From Ascoidea asiatica JCM 7603 (lineage: Eukaryota; Fungi; Ascomycota), in contig BCKQ01000001.1 of NCBI GenBank assembly GCA_001600695.1, positions 70,423 through 134,422 of the forward strand: 64,000 nt of DNA. The letters are read 5' to 3'. Both the position numbers and the translations under genes were made by a program. Positions 12,345-26,826 of the stretch are shown in pieces. The notes beneath the pieces are model-generated. The model worked only from the letters and a program-made list of their open reading frames with translations, did not search any database and had not been told where the DNA came from. The stretch's first letter is position 1, and each line of letters begins with the position of its first letter.

Positions 12345-15300
12345 TATGATAATTATGCTTGTTTTTGCTTTTGTTTTTGAATTTGTATTTTAAAATGATT
12401 TATTGATAGAAGCAATACAATGCCCAATTAATTATTTACCTTATTTCTTGTTTATTACTGTTGTTCTAGGTATTGAGTAAAGTTATGAATTTTAATTTTA
12501 ATTGAAATTGAAATTCAAATTGAAATTGTAATAAAGATTGAAAATATGAACGAAAAGGGCTTAATTTTATATTATACTATTAATTGAATTATTATTATTG
12601 ATATTATTGAATTTTAAAAAAGTTTTTTTTTATTTGAAATATAAATTTAAGAATTATAAAAATAGTTGCAATTGACTTTTGTTATAAATAGAATTTAAGA
12701 GTGATAAAATGAGAAGTTTAAGAAGATCCTACGTAATAGTACTTTAAATAAAAGACGAGACCCTATTTGGAATTTTAATAAAGGGGTTAAATATCAGATG
12801 ATAAGTTTTTAATGGGTTTTAAATAGAGTTGAATTAAAAAGAAGATCAGATGAATTAAATAAAAAGTAAATGAAAGTGAAATTGAGATTTGAAAGAAATA
12901 TTGAGTATATATATGATTTTAAATAAAATTTTTGAATTTGTAACTGAGTTGAACTTTGTAAAGAAAGATTTTGATAAAATAAAAAGCCAGAAAAAAAGGC
13001 CAAAAAAGAACAGGTTCAGGCTTATATTTTTTAACAGAAAGAGAATCTGTGAGAAAAGGTGAACCAGAGCGTAGAAGAGCGCAATGTGTTTTGATTTGAA
13101 TAGATCAACTTGTAACTTAAGTTGTAAGTTGAGTTGTAAGTTGAGTAGAAAGAGCAAAGAGTTCAAAGATATATCTACGATAGAGATAGAATTATGAAGA
13201 ATTGGGTATGAATATAATCAAGGGCACTTGGTGTTAATCTCTAGCTTCAATTCAAATCAATTCAATTCACTGAATCTGATTGCAAAGTTTAGCTGAGGTA
13301 TTGAGAATCCTTTGAGATGATCTTTTTTATTTTAGATACGTACTGCTCAAAAATCAATGAATTCTTTTAGCTTTTTTAGTTATTTTAGTTATTTTTCCCT
13401 TTGAAATAAGGTAAAAATTTATAGAATTACTTTGAATTATGTTTTAGACATTTGAAAGTCTTTCAAATAAGGAGCATTTTATGAAACAATCTATAAATTT
13501 TGGTTGAATTTTATACGTTAAAAATTATTGAAACAATGATAAAAAATTGACTTTGGTTTTTTCAATGGTTTTAATTTCATAATTTATGTTTTTTTATTTC
13601 TTTTATTTGAGTTAATTTATTTGTAATCTATGTGCTTATGGAGTAAATTTGATGTAACTGGCAATTTAAAATTAAAAGCTTAGAATTGGAATTGGAATCA
13701 AATTCAAATAGAATTTAGTTACTAATATTTGGACTTGGACTAAATATACTAGTTCTATTATTGTCAAATATAATATACCGTAGTTATGTAAATAACTTAA
13801 GTGGTAAATTTACTCTTCTTTCTTTCAATTGTTTTTTTCCTTTGTTTGAGAAATGATGAAAACAAAAGTTATTTTATAATACTAACTACAAAATACAGTA
13901 CTTTGAATTACACTACCATAAACTGAATTTGAAATTTAAAATGAAATTACAATTTATTTTGAATTTAAATTTGAATCTGAATCTGAATCTGAATTTCAAA
14001 ATTATTATTTATTTTTTTAGTAAAGAAACGCTGACTTGAATTTACTGGAAAGTATGGGCAGTGTTACAATATTTCATATCAGTAAATTTCATCATTGATT
14101 ACAATTACTATACTACTGTACAGTACTACAGATTGTACTGTATTTCAAAATATTTTTACTGAATTGATTCTCAAGTTTTGATTTTACAGGTTAAATTGTG
14201 ATAAATCACTGAATGAATGATAGATATACAAAATTAATAACCCAAAATCTTATTTTATTTAATATTTTTTAATTTTTTTATTTTTTTACTTTATTTTAGT
14301 TCTATCTTTTCTATAATACAGTTAAAATACAAATTATCCGAATAGACAAACGGACTAAAATGATAAAAGATTTAAAGAAATATTAGAAGACTCTTAAATA
14401 TCTTAAGATTTCAAGAAAATATTAAATTAACGTAGTTTTTTATAGCCCAGTTTTTCTACACCAGCCATAATTTATTCTCTTATGTTTCAAATTTTCAGAT
14501 GTTTGTTTTTTTATTCCTGAATTTTGGAGAAGTCAAAATATGATTGATTAGTTGAGTTGTTGCGAAGGAGATTACATGGGTTTATTAGTAACTGAACAAA
14601 TTTTTTCACCACTACAAAGTTAAGATACCTGAGGAATTATGATTGATAAATTGATAAATTGATAAATAGATGATTAATGATCGATTATTGATTAGTGTCT
14701 CATACTGTAAATATTTATTATATATTTTTTTTGAAGTGTTTTATTATCAATCATTGAAGAACAGAACAGAACTGGGAAAGAAACAGAGATAAGAAAAAAA
14801 CTTTGCTATTATATCAGTGTTTCCGTCACAGACATTATATGAGCACTTTCTGCAATGGAAGCAATGGATTGAATATGTTCATATTCATTCCTATTCAATC
14901 AAAATATTACACAGTAGTAATTAATGCTACCTGATTGATACTGATATCAAAGACCGTTGCTGCCAGTAGATTAGCTTCCGGTGGATTAATTGGCAGATTG
15001 GCAGTACCGTTGCAACGGTCTAGCAAGTAATTTAAATTACTTCAATTAATTTACTTCAATTAAATTAAATTAGATAAATTAGATAAATTAAATTTTAAAT
15101 TACCTTTAAATTAGTCAAATTAACCTGGCAAGGATAATCATTTCTTTTTTATTATGCTTGTTAATTATGAGATAAATTAGCAACTAATAATAAAATTTGT
15201 TCTTTTCTCTGCTATTAGCACAGTACTATTGCTCTCGCCGTGAAGTTACCCAATTGGGACCAAGTGGTCCGCTGTGCCCGCTGGTGCATATGGATGCTGC

Positions 15301-16014
15301 ACACACCCGGCAAGAATGCTTTTATCAACAGATGCAAGGAGCCTTTTGTAGATGCAGGTACAGGGCAGAAGGAGCACCTAAAAAGAGGCAGAGCTCGTTG
15401 CATCCACACCGGTGGCTTTCCCGGCTGGGCCAAACCTGGTCCTCGGATCAGTCAAAAAATCCGGAAATACTAGCAGTTGAATTACGGGATAATTTGCCAC
15501 ATTTAACACCGAAAATATTTTAATATTTTAAGAAACCCAAAATGAGAATATCTCTATTAGGTAGTTATTTAACCACAACTTTGTCGAATATAACAGGAGG
15601 TAATCCGACCTTAAAATCTCATAATAATACTTTCGGTCAGTATATTACCTCTTTAAGACTTGAGGTTGTTTCTGGTCTCTCGAGATTGTGATCGGAAGAA
15701 CGCTGCGAATTAAAACCACCCCTGAGATTCAGAGATTCAGAGCTTTCAGAGCTTACAGTCAGAAGAGCATCTCTGTTTTAGTTACTTCATTTGGTTCAAA
15801 ACAAACTTACTCAACTTCTTTGTTTTAGTTTCTTCTGAAAATACTTCCTCATATTCTTAAAATCAGTGACTTGATCTTTTTTCAATTGATTCAGTGGAGG
15901 GGGAATAACTAAAGGACTAACAAGAGGAATTTATTTCATATCTTAGAGTCCTATCCTCTTTTCTTAAGATTTTCTATTAATAATTTTTTAAATAAATCTA
16001 ATAATCAGTTCAAA

Positions 16015-16545
16015 ATGGGTGAATATAATCAACTTAATTCATTGTTCCCTTCGACAAGTTTTCATTCTGAAAATTCAACTTCAATTCCAATATCAATTTC
16101 AAATAATCCATTAGTCACTTCAATAGCTAATTTATCTACTAATTTAAAAAATTTATCTGAGTTTGAATACATTAAAGATATCAAAGATACCAATATCAAA
16201 GATATCAAAGAAATAACATTATCCAATATTACTAATCTTTCAAATCTTTCAAATCTTTCAAATCTTTCAATCATTTCAATTAAAAAAATTAATATTCCAC
16301 TTTATAAAAATTCAAAATTTATACCAAATATTTTAACTTCTTTTATAAATTCAATTATTCAAACAAGTTATCAAAATGATATACCAAAAAGAAATATAAG
16401 TTCAATTTTAACTTATTCAATTTCTCCATATGCTGCTGTTTGTATGTCAATGGCAATAATTTTAAACAGAACAACTGTATTTGCAGCTCCAAGAAACACT
16501 CATAGAATAAATAACATCAATAATATTCATAATAATATTAATAAC

Positions 16546-16583
<38 letters not shown>

Positions 16584-19041
16584 CAACAATAGTAATAATA
16601 ACCAGAACGTATTTCATAAAATTTTTAGAAAGTTATTTACTAATGATAACATTAAATTATCTTTAAGATTAATTGCATGTTTTTTCATTTTGAATAATTT
16701 AATGAATCTTTTAATTACCTTAAATTGTTATTCGGATTTTTTAAATAATTACATTCTTTACCCAAAAGAACTTTTCAATTATGATCCAATTTATTACAAA
16801 AATTCGGTTTTAAAACCATTTACAAATAATTTATCAATTGTTACTAATACTACAACCACCATTACAACCAATACTACTAGTAATATATTCAATAATAATA
16901 ATAAAATTGGTCCAGGAAATGATATATTTTGGCCAATTTTTTTAACTTTATGTTTCAGTCAATTTATTGAAGTGTTAATTTCAACAACTGATTCTTCAAC
17001 TCCCTTTAATTATTCTGGTTTAACTTTATTTGAACATTCTTTTGCATTTCATGAAGTTCAATTCACAAAAAGACCATCAATAGAAATTTTAGTATTATCT
17101 GTAGTTTCTTTATTAAATCAATTAATTATTCATTTTTTATCAATTTTCAAAATTAAGAATTATAAGTTAATTCCAACTACAATTATTGGATTTTCATTTA
17201 TAATTTATTTATTTACAACTTTATTCAATGGTAGAATTATTTTTTTCCCAACAATTTGTATTTTCTCTTTCTTACCACAATTATTCATTTTTACAATTAT
17301 TTCAATATGTTTCATCATTTTTTTCTTAGCTGCTTTATGTCATGGATTTAATTTTAATGAATTAGTATTTTCAAGTACACGGGATAATAGTATTGGCAAT
17401 GGTGGAAATTCTGGTGGTAGTTTAAACGAATTTTTAAATTTGGATTTAAATGAAGATTTTAATACTGCTTTAACAAGATGGGGACTTTTAGCAATTAGTG
17501 CAGCTGCATCAATCAATTATGTTAAAGAATTACCAGATATAAATTATCCAAAATCTATTTGGTTATCTAGTAATTTCATTAATAATAATATTTTTAATAG
17601 TAATAATAGTTATAATAATAAAAATGGAAAAGGAAATAATAATAATAATAATAAAATTTTAATATTCAAAGATCTAATTCAAAAAAATTCAGTCTTAGGT
17701 TTATCTCCATATAATAATGAATTTAACTTAAATGAAAAAAATCTAAAAAATCTAAGATTCAATTATGATAATGAAGATAATATTATTAGTATTGAGAATA
17801 TTAAAGATAAAAAATTAAATAATGATAGTGATTATATTATTGAAGATATAGATGAAACCATTTTCAGATCAAGAGTTCAAGGATTCAATTTATTAATAAA
17901 GTATTTTTTAAATTTAATAACTGGATTAATTTTAAGAAGAAGAACAATTCCAAGAATTTTATCAGATGGATTTAAAACTTTAGAAGAAGAAAAAAATAAA
18001 GAAAAATCAAGTGATTTAAATGAAGAAGGAATTTTACAAAAAAAGACTTATAAAAAATTAATTAATGAAAAAAATAGAAGAATTCAAGAAGAATTTGATA
18101 AATTAATTAGAAAAAATGATTACGATGATGAAACATATTATGAAAAATTTATCAATAATGAAGAATTACCAGAAATTGATAAATCTGAAGATTATGAAAT
18201 TGATGATAATATTGAAGATATTAATGATATTGAAATTGAAAAAGAACCATTAGAATTTGATTCTGAATTTGAATCTGAGTGTGAATCGGAAGCTGAATTT
18301 CAGCATGAATTTGATAATAACAATAATAGTAGTCAAGCTATAAGATTGAATACATATAATGAACAAATAAATAAATTAAGGACTCCAACAAAATTAATTG
18401 GTTTTCAAAACAATATTAATAAAAGTATCTTCAATGTTAAGAGTTTAAATAAAGATAAAAATAAATACAAAGATAAAAAAAATATATTAAATGAATTAAT
18501 CGATTCAGAAGAAATTTATAAAATTCTTATTCCAAATAATAATAATATAAGATCCAATAAAGAGAAAATTGATATTAATGGTATTTCATATCAAAGAATT
18601 TTAAGTGGACATTTACATTATGAAAAAGAAAATGTTAGATTAACAAGATCTAAATATAATAAGATTAATAAAGAAGATATAATGTCATTAATTGAGTTAA
18701 TTCTTGAAAAAAGACAAAATAATAAAGGAAGTTTTAGGACTTGGAATGGGAATAAGAGAAAGAGAGATTTGGATGTTGATATAGAAGAAGAGGATGAAGA
18801 AGAATATGATGAAGATGAAGCTGAAGATGATAATGATAATAATGATGATGATAATGATAATGAATTAATTGAAAGTAGATGTGTTGTATGTCAAAGTAAT
18901 GCAAGAGATGTTATTTTATGGCCATGTAGATGTTTTTCAGTTTGCGAAAGTTGTAGAGTTTCTTTAGGTATTAGAGGGTTTGATAAATGTATATGTTGCA
19001 GAAAAGAAGTTTGTGGGTATAGTAGAGTGTATATTCCATAA
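16015..19041 (+). CDS. ASI3: Asi1/Asi3-like inner nuclear membrane RING ubiquitin ligase
   Basis: Multiple N-terminal transmembrane segments, a GLTLFEHSFAFHE motif and a C-terminal RING CVVCQSNARDVILWPCRCFSVCESCR...CICCR. ASI1 versus ASI3 cannot be resolved. Confidence 0.8.
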
Positions 19042-19116
19042 AATTCATAAAATTTAATTCATTTTGCTAGAAAGGCTTTTACCAATTTTGAGAAATAAAA
19101 ATATTTTATAGATTTA

Positions 19117-19190
19117 ATGATTACTATGATTACTATGATTACTATGATTATAATGATTACTATGATTATAATGATTACTATGATTATTAC
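19117..19190 (+). repeat. 9-bp tandem repeat (ATGATTACT/ATGATTATA)n
   Basis: Visible tandem units downstream of the ASI stop codon. Confidence 0.85.
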
Positions 19191-20507
19191 GAGTACTACT
19201 GTATAATCATAGTCACAGTGATTATGATTGTTATGATGATAATGACTATTTGACGATAAAAATGTGTAAAAAATATACAAAAACTTAGTGGGGTTATTAC
19301 AGACATAAATGGGTCTGAATGAATTGAGATGAAAAGATTCATGGAAATCGATTGGAAAAGAAGTGAAAAGTCCGAGGAAATTCGAAATCAAAAGAAAGAA
19401 AAGAAAGAGAAGAAATTATTAATGCGAACAAAAACATAAATATAAATATAAACAAAAACATGAATTTAACTGAATATCTAAAAACAACAAACATTACTTC
19501 TAAATAGATAAATATAAACAACAAAAAATAGATAAATAATCTAGGTCTTTAAATATTTTCCTTCCGGGATCAAATAAACTGTTCCTGAATAAAATAGAAT
19601 CTAACTATTGCAATCATTGATAGCTGAAAACATGAACTTTCTTATCCTCTATATTCATAATGATTTATAAATCATAAAACTCACTGTTCAGTCTTCTTCT
19701 CTTTTTCTCTTTTTTTGATCTCTTCTGTACTGTCTCTGCAGACTTTTCAGTTCTCAAACTCTTCATTTTCTGCTTCTTTTGTTTCTTTTGCTTCTGCAAA
19801 TCTGCGTATTAGTAAATCCAGAATACTGGTCTCGCGCTTTATTTCCAACTTGCGCAAACTCCGAGCGCACTACTCAAAAGCTGCTGTGCATTTTGGGTGC
19901 CGATGTATGCATTGCTCTGTGCACGGGGTTCTCAAAACTGAAACTCCGAAAAAAAAGTAAAAGTCCCACTTCCCTGGCGTCACTTTTTTAGCCAATAACA
20001 GTGCTTCTCCGATTAGTTTCCCACTTGCTCCGGGCCAGTCTTTTCGGACTCCTTGACAGTCCTCGGCCCGCAGAACAGCCTCAGCCACACCAACAGCCTC
20101 AGCTGACTCAGCACTTCTCAATAAATTACGTAATGAACGGCCTATTCCTTGCCGACTTGCCGCAGACCTTATTGCACAAGCTTAATTGAACTCAATTCGA
20201 CTTAATTGAACTTAAATCCACTTAATTGAACTCAATTGTCCTAGTTAATTAAGGGAAATTATTGGTAAATTATTGGTAAATGTTGAAGTTTTATTCAATG
20301 GTATTTACCCCAGTTTTTATCGAGCTTCAGATAATATTGTGTTATTATTTATTGTAGTTATTGTAGTTATTACGGTTATTATGGTTATTGTATTTTACAT
20401 TTGCTCCAGCCAGCTACTGGAAAATAAGTCTAAACCCAACAGTCAGTAATCAGTCAAGATTTCAGTTCAAATTCAATAATCAATTAATCCACCGACTTCA
20501 ATATTTC

Positions 20508-20539
<32 letters not shown>

Positions 20540-21138
20540 TTTACTTATTTACTTATTTACTTATTTAATTATTTACAATATTAAATGCGAATCTGTTTTA
20601 GTTTTGCTCAAGAGAAATGAAATCAAATTTAGGAATCCTTGCTCCTCAATTTTTTTTTACAATTTGAAATGTCATTTGAACTGTATTAATGGAAGAATTC
20701 ATTTCAATTTTGTATATTTTTAAACAATTTTAAATAAATTATAAAGAATTTTATTCAATTTCATAAAATTTAGTTCATTAAAGTGGGGTTCATTATAATT
20801 TATTACATTTTAATCATTATTATCACAATGTTTATGTTTTTTCATTTATTTTCTTAATGATTGTTTATTTGTTATTACTATTTGTTGTTACTATTTGTTA
20901 TAATCATATTATCACTAATAAAGCAAAATATCAAAATGATATAAATATAGTCAATTATCTATCTCTTTTTTTTCTCAATTCTCTTGCTTATTCTTATCTT
21001 ATCTTATCTCTATCTCAATCAACTTAAATTTGTCATTTATCAATTAACAATTAACAATTAACAATTATCAATTATCAAATATTAAATTTCAATTATAAAT
21101 TATCAACAATTCAACTATATAACTAACTAATTATTAAA

Positions 21139-22638
21139 ATGACTTTACCTTTATCTGTTAAAATATCTTTACCAAATGGTTTGGAATATGAACAACCAAC
21201 AGGTTTATTTATAAATAATGAATTTGTTCCTTCAAAATCTGGTAAAACTTTTGCAGTTATAGATCCATCAACTGAAGAAAAAATTACTGATGTTTATGAA
21301 GGTTTTGCGGAAGATGTTGATATTGCTGTAGAAGCCGCTGATTATGCTTTTAAAAAAACAAATTGGGCAACTCAAGATCCTTCTAATAGAGGAAAATTAT
21401 TATCAAAATTAGCTGATTTAGTTGAGAGAGATTTAGAAATTTTAGCTTCAATTGAATCTTTAGATAATGGTAAAGCAATAATTTTAGCAAGAGGTGATAT
21501 TGGTTTAGTTGCTAATTATCTTAGATCTTGTGCAGGTTGGGCTGATAAAGTATTTGGTAATGTTATAGAAACTGGCGATTCTCATTTCTCTTATGCTAGA
21601 AAAGAACCTTTAGGAGTTTGTGGTCAAATTATTCCATGGAATTTTCCTTTATTAATGTGGTCATGGAAAATTGGTCCTGCTTTAGCAACCGGTAATACTT
21701 GTGTAATGAAAACTGCAGAATCAACTCCTTTATCTGCTTTATATGCTTCAAAATTAATGGTTGAAGCAGGTTTCCCTCCTGGTGTTTTAAATATTATTAA
21801 TGGGTTTGGGCCAACTGCAGGTGCTGCAATTGCAAATCATTTAAAAATTAAAAAAATTGCTTTTACTGGTTCAACTAATACTGGTAGAATTATAATGAAA
21901 TCTGCTGCTGATTCAAATTTAAAAAAAGTTACTTTGGAATTAGGTGGTAAATCCCCAAATATTGTATTTGGTGATGCTGATATTGAAAAAGCTGTTTCAA
22001 ATATTTCAATGGGTATTTTTTATAATTCTGGTGAAGTTTGCTGTGCAGGTTCAAGAGTTTATGTTCAAGATACTGTTTATGATAAAGTTTTAAAAGAATT
22101 TGCAAAAGATGCTGCACAAGTTAAAGTTGGTAATCCTTTTGATGAAGAAGTATTTCAAGGTGCTCAAACTTCTCAAATGCAAGTTGATAAAATTTTAGAT
22201 TATGTTAAAATTGGTAAAAAAGAAGGTGCAAAATTAATTTGTGGTGGTGAAAGATTAGGTACAAAAGGTTATTTCATTAAACCAACAATTTTTGCTGATG
22301 TTAAAGAAAATATGAGAATTGTCAAAGAAGAAATTTTTGGTCCGGTTGTTACAATTACTAAATTTTCAACTGTTGATGAAGTAGTTGAAATGGCTAATGA
22401 TTCTCCATATGGTTTAGCTGCAGGTCTTCATACTAGTGATTTAAATAAAGCAATTGATGTTTCAAATAGAATTCAATCTGGTACTATTTGGATTAATACT
22501 TATAATGATTTCCATCCAATGGTTCCATTTGGTGGTTATAATCAATCTGGTATTGGTAGAGAAATGGGTATTGAAGCTTTAGACAATTATACTCAAGTCA
22601 AAGCTGTCAGAATGAGAATCGAAAAAAAATACGCTTAA
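21139..22638 (+). CDS. aldehyde dehydrogenase (ALD4/5/6 family), no obvious mitochondrial presequence
   Basis: Motifs [23 protein letters not shown], catalytic Cys in [15 protein letters not shown] and PFGG. Confidence 0.95.
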   Translation: MTLPLSVKISLPNGLEYEQPTGLFINNEFVPSKSGKTFAVIDPSTEEKITDVYEGFAEDVDIAVEAADYAFKKTNWATQDPSNRGKLLSKLADLVERDLEILASIESLDNGKAIILARGDIGLVANYLRSCAGWADKVFGNVIETGDSHFSYARKEPLGVCGQIIPWNFPLLMWSWKIGPALATGNTCVMKTAESTPLSALYASKLMVEAGFPPGVLNIINGFGPTAGAAIANHLKIKKIAFTGSTNTGRIIMKSAADSNLKKVTLELGGKSPNIVFGDADIEKAVSNISMGIFYNSGEVCCAGSRVYVQDTVYDKVLKEFAKDAAQVKVGNPFDEEVFQGAQTSQMQVDKILDYVKIGKKEGAKLICGGERLGTKGYFIKPTIFADVKENMRIVKEEIFGPVVTITKFSTVDEVVEMANDSPYGLAAGLHTSDLNKAIDVSNRIQSGTIWINTYNDFHPMVPFGGYNQSGIGREMGIEALDNYTQVKAVRMRIEKKYA

Positions 22639-23071
22639 AGAAACTAAAATGGAATTTTTTTTATCTTTTATGATGAATATTTATATGCCTTATTTTATGA
22701 TAATGATATTTCTCTAGTTATTGAATATTTTTCTTTATTGTTTATTTTTGTTTTGTTATTTTTTTATTTGATTATGATTAATTATTTGTTAATACAAAAA
22801 AAGTTTACTAAAATATTTTTATTTTTATTACAATTTGTATGTATAAAAAGAGATAAAAAAATTTAATGGTCTATATTTTAAGAAAAACATTTTATAATTT
22901 ACAAAATAGCCTGAAAAAAATGAACAAAAAAATGGGAAAAAAATAAAAGTGTGATAAATAATAAAAAAAGTATAAGACAAGATAAGACAAAGTGATACAT
23001 CATAGGTTAGAATGGGATAAAATAGGATAATATAACAATAGACTTAAAGAAATAGCTGGGAAAAAAAACTA

Positions 23072-25654
23072 TCAATGAGATATATATTGAAAAGTGTAAC
23101 TGATATCATCGAAATGGAATTCATTTTGTAATAAAGTATCTTGAATTTTCTTTAAACCATCATGATTAACGTGATTCCAAGTTGTTGAATCACCATAAAG
23201 CATTGCAGTCGATTTAATAATTTGTTTATCACCTTTACATCTTTTACAATTAAAAGTTGTATGAGTATCACAAGTAACATCAGGATCAAATTCAAATAAT
23301 TGTCTTAAATTATCTGAAGAAAATAACCTTTCAACATCTTGATTTTCATCAACAACACATGATGATAAAGATAATTTCATTGATTGCCTTTGAAATATTT
23401 TTTCTTCAATTGTACCAGTTGAAATAAATCTATAAATAAAACAATGTTTCTTTTGACCATCTCTCCAAACTCTTGCTAAAGCTTGTTGATCAGAAGCTGG
23501 ATTCCAATCTGGATCAATTAAAACTAATCTATTTGCACCAATTAAATTTATACCACAACCCCCAGCCTTTGAACTTAAAAGAAATACAAATTCTTTACCT
23601 TCAGGATCATTAAATCTATCAACTAATTTTTGTCTTTTATTAACATTCATTGTACCATCTAATCTTAAACTACCATAATTATTTCTTCTACACATAACTT
23701 CAATTAAATCAAGAGTTTGAGTATAATTTGAAATTAAAACAATCTTATCATCAGATTCTTTTTTAATTTTATATAAAAATCTTTGCAAAATTGAAAATTT
23801 TCCAGAAAATTGAGTTTGAATTTCTTTATTTCTACCAGAAGAATTTGAACTATTAACATAATCATCAGGTATTAAATCATCACAACCTGGAATATCTTCA
23901 GATAAATTTAGTAAATCAGGATGATTACATAATTTTTTTAATAAACCTATAGCTTTTAAAGGTTGAGAACCAACACCTCTTAATAATTTTCTGATTTCAG
24001 GGGACTTCACAAAATAATTATAAATTTTTTTTTGCATTGGAGATAAATTAACAAAAATTACATGTTCATATTTTAATGGTAAATATTTTGATAAAATATC
24101 ATTTGTTCTTCTAATAATAAATTTTGAAACAATATTATTTAATTCATTTAATTTTAATTGAGATTTTTTAACATCGGTTTCAGAAGCTAAAGAGTCTCTA
24201 CCTTTTAAAATTGGATTTTCAAAATTTTTTTTAAATTCTAATTTTGTACCTAATAAACCTGGATTTGCAAAACTTAATAACGAAAAATATTCAGATAAAT
24301 CATTTTGAATTGGAGTACCAGATAATATAACTCTTCTTGTACAATTTAACGAATTTAAAGAAGTAAAAGTCAAAGAATCATTATTTTTTAATCTATGACC
24401 TTCATCAGCTAATAATAAACCAATTTCAGTTTTTTTCAAATTTTCAACATTTCTTCTTAAAGTTTCATAAGAGATTATTAAAACAGGTTTAACAATATTT
24501 CTACCAGAAGCTAAAGCCCAATTTTTAATAATTGAAGAAGTATCATTACCAGAATTATTTTTAATTTGTTTACCATCAATTGGTAATGGAGTTAAAGTAC
24601 CGTTACCTAACCATTTAATAATTTCATTTGACCAATTTTTTACAAGAGATGAAGGACAAACAATTATAACTTTTTCAATAGTTTTTTTACCTCTTGGACT
24701 TTGATTTAATAAAGTCCACATTAAAGTTATACATTGTAAAGTTTTACCAAGACCCATTTCATCAGCCATTATACAACCTTTAGCAATTGGATGAACTAAA
24801 CCGGAAGTACAATTATATAAAAATTTAACACCAGAAATTTGATGTGGTCTTAAAATTTTTGATAATCTTGGATCAATAATCACAGGTACATTTGGAGCAT
24901 TTTTAATAACATCCTCTGGATTTTTATTAATTCCTAAAATTTCATTTAAAGATTTATGTACGTTTTTTTTAAAAGATAATAATTTTTTATTATCACAATT
25001 TTCAGAAGTGTTATTATTGTCATCATCTAATTCTTTATCGTTATTAGGGTTGTTATTTTTCCTTAAATTAATTTCAGCTTCAGATAAAGTTGGAAATTTA
25101 TCAATAGTTGGATCATATAATACTATTGAGAATTGATCATTTGGATCAAATAAAGGTTTTGGTAATAGTAATTGTTTTCTTCTTGTACCTAAAGTTGGAG
25201 GTAAATGATTATTAAGTAAATATTTGAAATTAAAATTTGATTGACTAAAATTTTTATGATTAACATTGAATGGAATTTTAAAATTTTTTTTTATTGTTAA
25301 TTGAATAGTATTATTCAAATTTGATAATAATAATCTTTTTGGATTTAAAGCATTTTTAGTTTTTCTTGTTATATTATTATAATTGTCATTATCATTATCA
25401 TTATTATTATTTCTTTTATTATTATTTTCTTTATCATTTATATCAAAAAATTGATCAGAATAATTAATCAATTTCAATCTTGCTTTTCTTAAAGGTAAAT
25501 TTAATTGAGAATTTCTTTTTTTTATTGGAATTGTAAACGGTTTTGAAAGTACTTTTAATGGATCTTTTATTAATTTGGGTTTTTTTGAATTTGGTAAAGC
25601 AGCACCTATACCTAAAGCAGAAGTTGGACCATTAGGTAATTTTCTTTTTGCCAT
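23072..25654 (-). CDS. RAD54: Rad54 SNF2-family DNA translocase
   Basis: LRPHQ, ADEMGLGKT, DEGHRLKN, LSGTPIQNDLSE, LLSSKAGGCGINLIGANR and QALARVWRDGQ motifs plus a Rad54-type N-terminus. Confidence 0.95.
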   Translation of the reverse strand: MAKRKLPNGPTSALGIGAALPNSKKPKLIKDPLKVLSKPFTIPIKKRNSQLNLPLRKARLKLINYSDQFFDINDKENNNKRNNNNDNDNDNYNNITRKTKNALNPKRLLLSNLNNTIQLTIKKNFKIPFNVNHKNFSQSNFNFKYLLNNHLPPTLGTRRKQLLLPKPLFDPNDQFSIVLYDPTIDKFPTLSEAEINLRKNNNPNNDKELDDDNNNTSENCDNKKLLSFKKNVHKSLNEILGINKNPEDVIKNAPNVPVIIDPRLSKILRPHQISGVKFLYNCTSGLVHPIAKGCIMADEMGLGKTLQCITLMWTLLNQSPRGKKTIEKVIIVCPSSLVKNWSNEIIKWLGNGTLTPLPIDGKQIKNNSGNDTSSIIKNWALASGRNIVKPVLIISYETLRRNVENLKKTEIGLLLADEGHRLKNNDSLTFTSLNSLNCTRRVILSGTPIQNDLSEYFSLLSFANPGLLGTKLEFKKNFENPILKGRDSLASETDVKKSQLKLNELNNIVSKFIIRRTNDILSKYLPLKYEHVIFVNLSPMQKKIYNYFVKSPEIRKLLRGVGSQPLKAIGLLKKLCNHPDLLNLSEDIPGCDDLIPDDYVNSSNSSGRNKEIQTQFSGKFSILQRFLYKIKKESDDKIVLISNYTQTLDLIEVMCRRNNYGSLRLDGTMNVNKRQKLVDRFNDPEGKEFVFLLSSKAGGCGINLIGANRLVLIDPDWNPASDQQALARVWRDGQKKHCFIYRFISTGTIEEKIFQRQSMKLSLSSCVVDENQDVERLFSSDNLRQLFEFDPDVTCDTHTTFNCKRCKGDKQIIKSTAMLYGDSTTWNHVNHDGLKKIQDTLLQNEFHFDDISYTFQYISH

Positions 25655-26826
25655 ATATATAAGTTATATGAATTATATGAATTATATAAATATTATGGAT
25701 AATATATAAATGAGATTAAGATATAATGAATGTATTTGAATTAAAGAAAGTTATGAGAAGGTTTATAAGTGATATGAATATTATGAATATTATTGTAAAT
25801 ATTCTTTCATTTCTTATTCATTTGAATCAAATTAAAATTAATATAATCAATGATGATTAATAATTGAAAAATATTACAAGAAGTTATTATGGAATAATGA
25901 ATATCTAGACTAAAAAGAATTGAATTAAAACTAATTCGAACTGAATTGTATTAAATCACAATCAGTAATCAATAAAATGAGTGAAATTAATTCAATTACG
26001 CGATCCGCATACCCAAACAGGATCCATGGCTATTGTTTACAACCTAAAGAAGAAATCCTTACCAAGGTCGTTTTTTGATCCGTAGTAAAGATCCGGAACG
26101 CTGGCTCCGCTGCTAAATACCGGCAAATACATTTAAATACGGCTACCTGCTTGTTTATGTTAACCCACATATCTGAATTTAAATAAAAAAACCCATATAA
26201 TTGGTCTCGTTTTTAAACTAATTTAATTGAGACCATAACAGAGGGTGTTCTTGGATGGTGCAGTAGAAACATCAAAAACAGCAGAAGCAGCAGCAGTGGC
26301 AACAGGAGTAGACAAAAGAGACAAAGCATCAGAAGAACCACAAATAACATAGGAATAAGAGCAAACAATAGCCCGGCCATTAATAGAAGAAGAACAAAAA
26401 TAAGAACAGGAGTATGGTGGATGAGTGAGCTGTTTCTGCTGCTTTATCATCTTCTTCTTCCTCTTCATATTATTATTATTAGTTCATGCTCCTTTTAATC
26501 AGTTTCTTCTCGTTCTTCTCGTTCTTGCTTTGAGTGTTGTGTGGTGCAATGAACTCATCCAATCGCAGTTCTCGTCTAGCTTAAAAAATGGTTTATTTAA
26601 CTCCTATTTTAAATCCTATTTCTGTTCTGATTGTTATTTCTCTATTTTCAGACTCTGTTTTTGATTTAATCTGTTATCGAAGTGATATAACAATCAAATG
26701 ATACAACAATGGATCAAGATATGATTCGAGAAATGATATAAGATATGATATAAGATAAGACAAAATGTATCTCATTATTTCATTCAATTAGTTTCCTTAT
26801 TTCTTTCTTTTTTCTCATAGTTCAAA

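Noticed and set aside
26795-26826. Pyrimidine tract plus TAG just before the ATG at 26827 as a 5' UTR intron acceptor
   Set aside because: No convincing branch site or donor could be identified.
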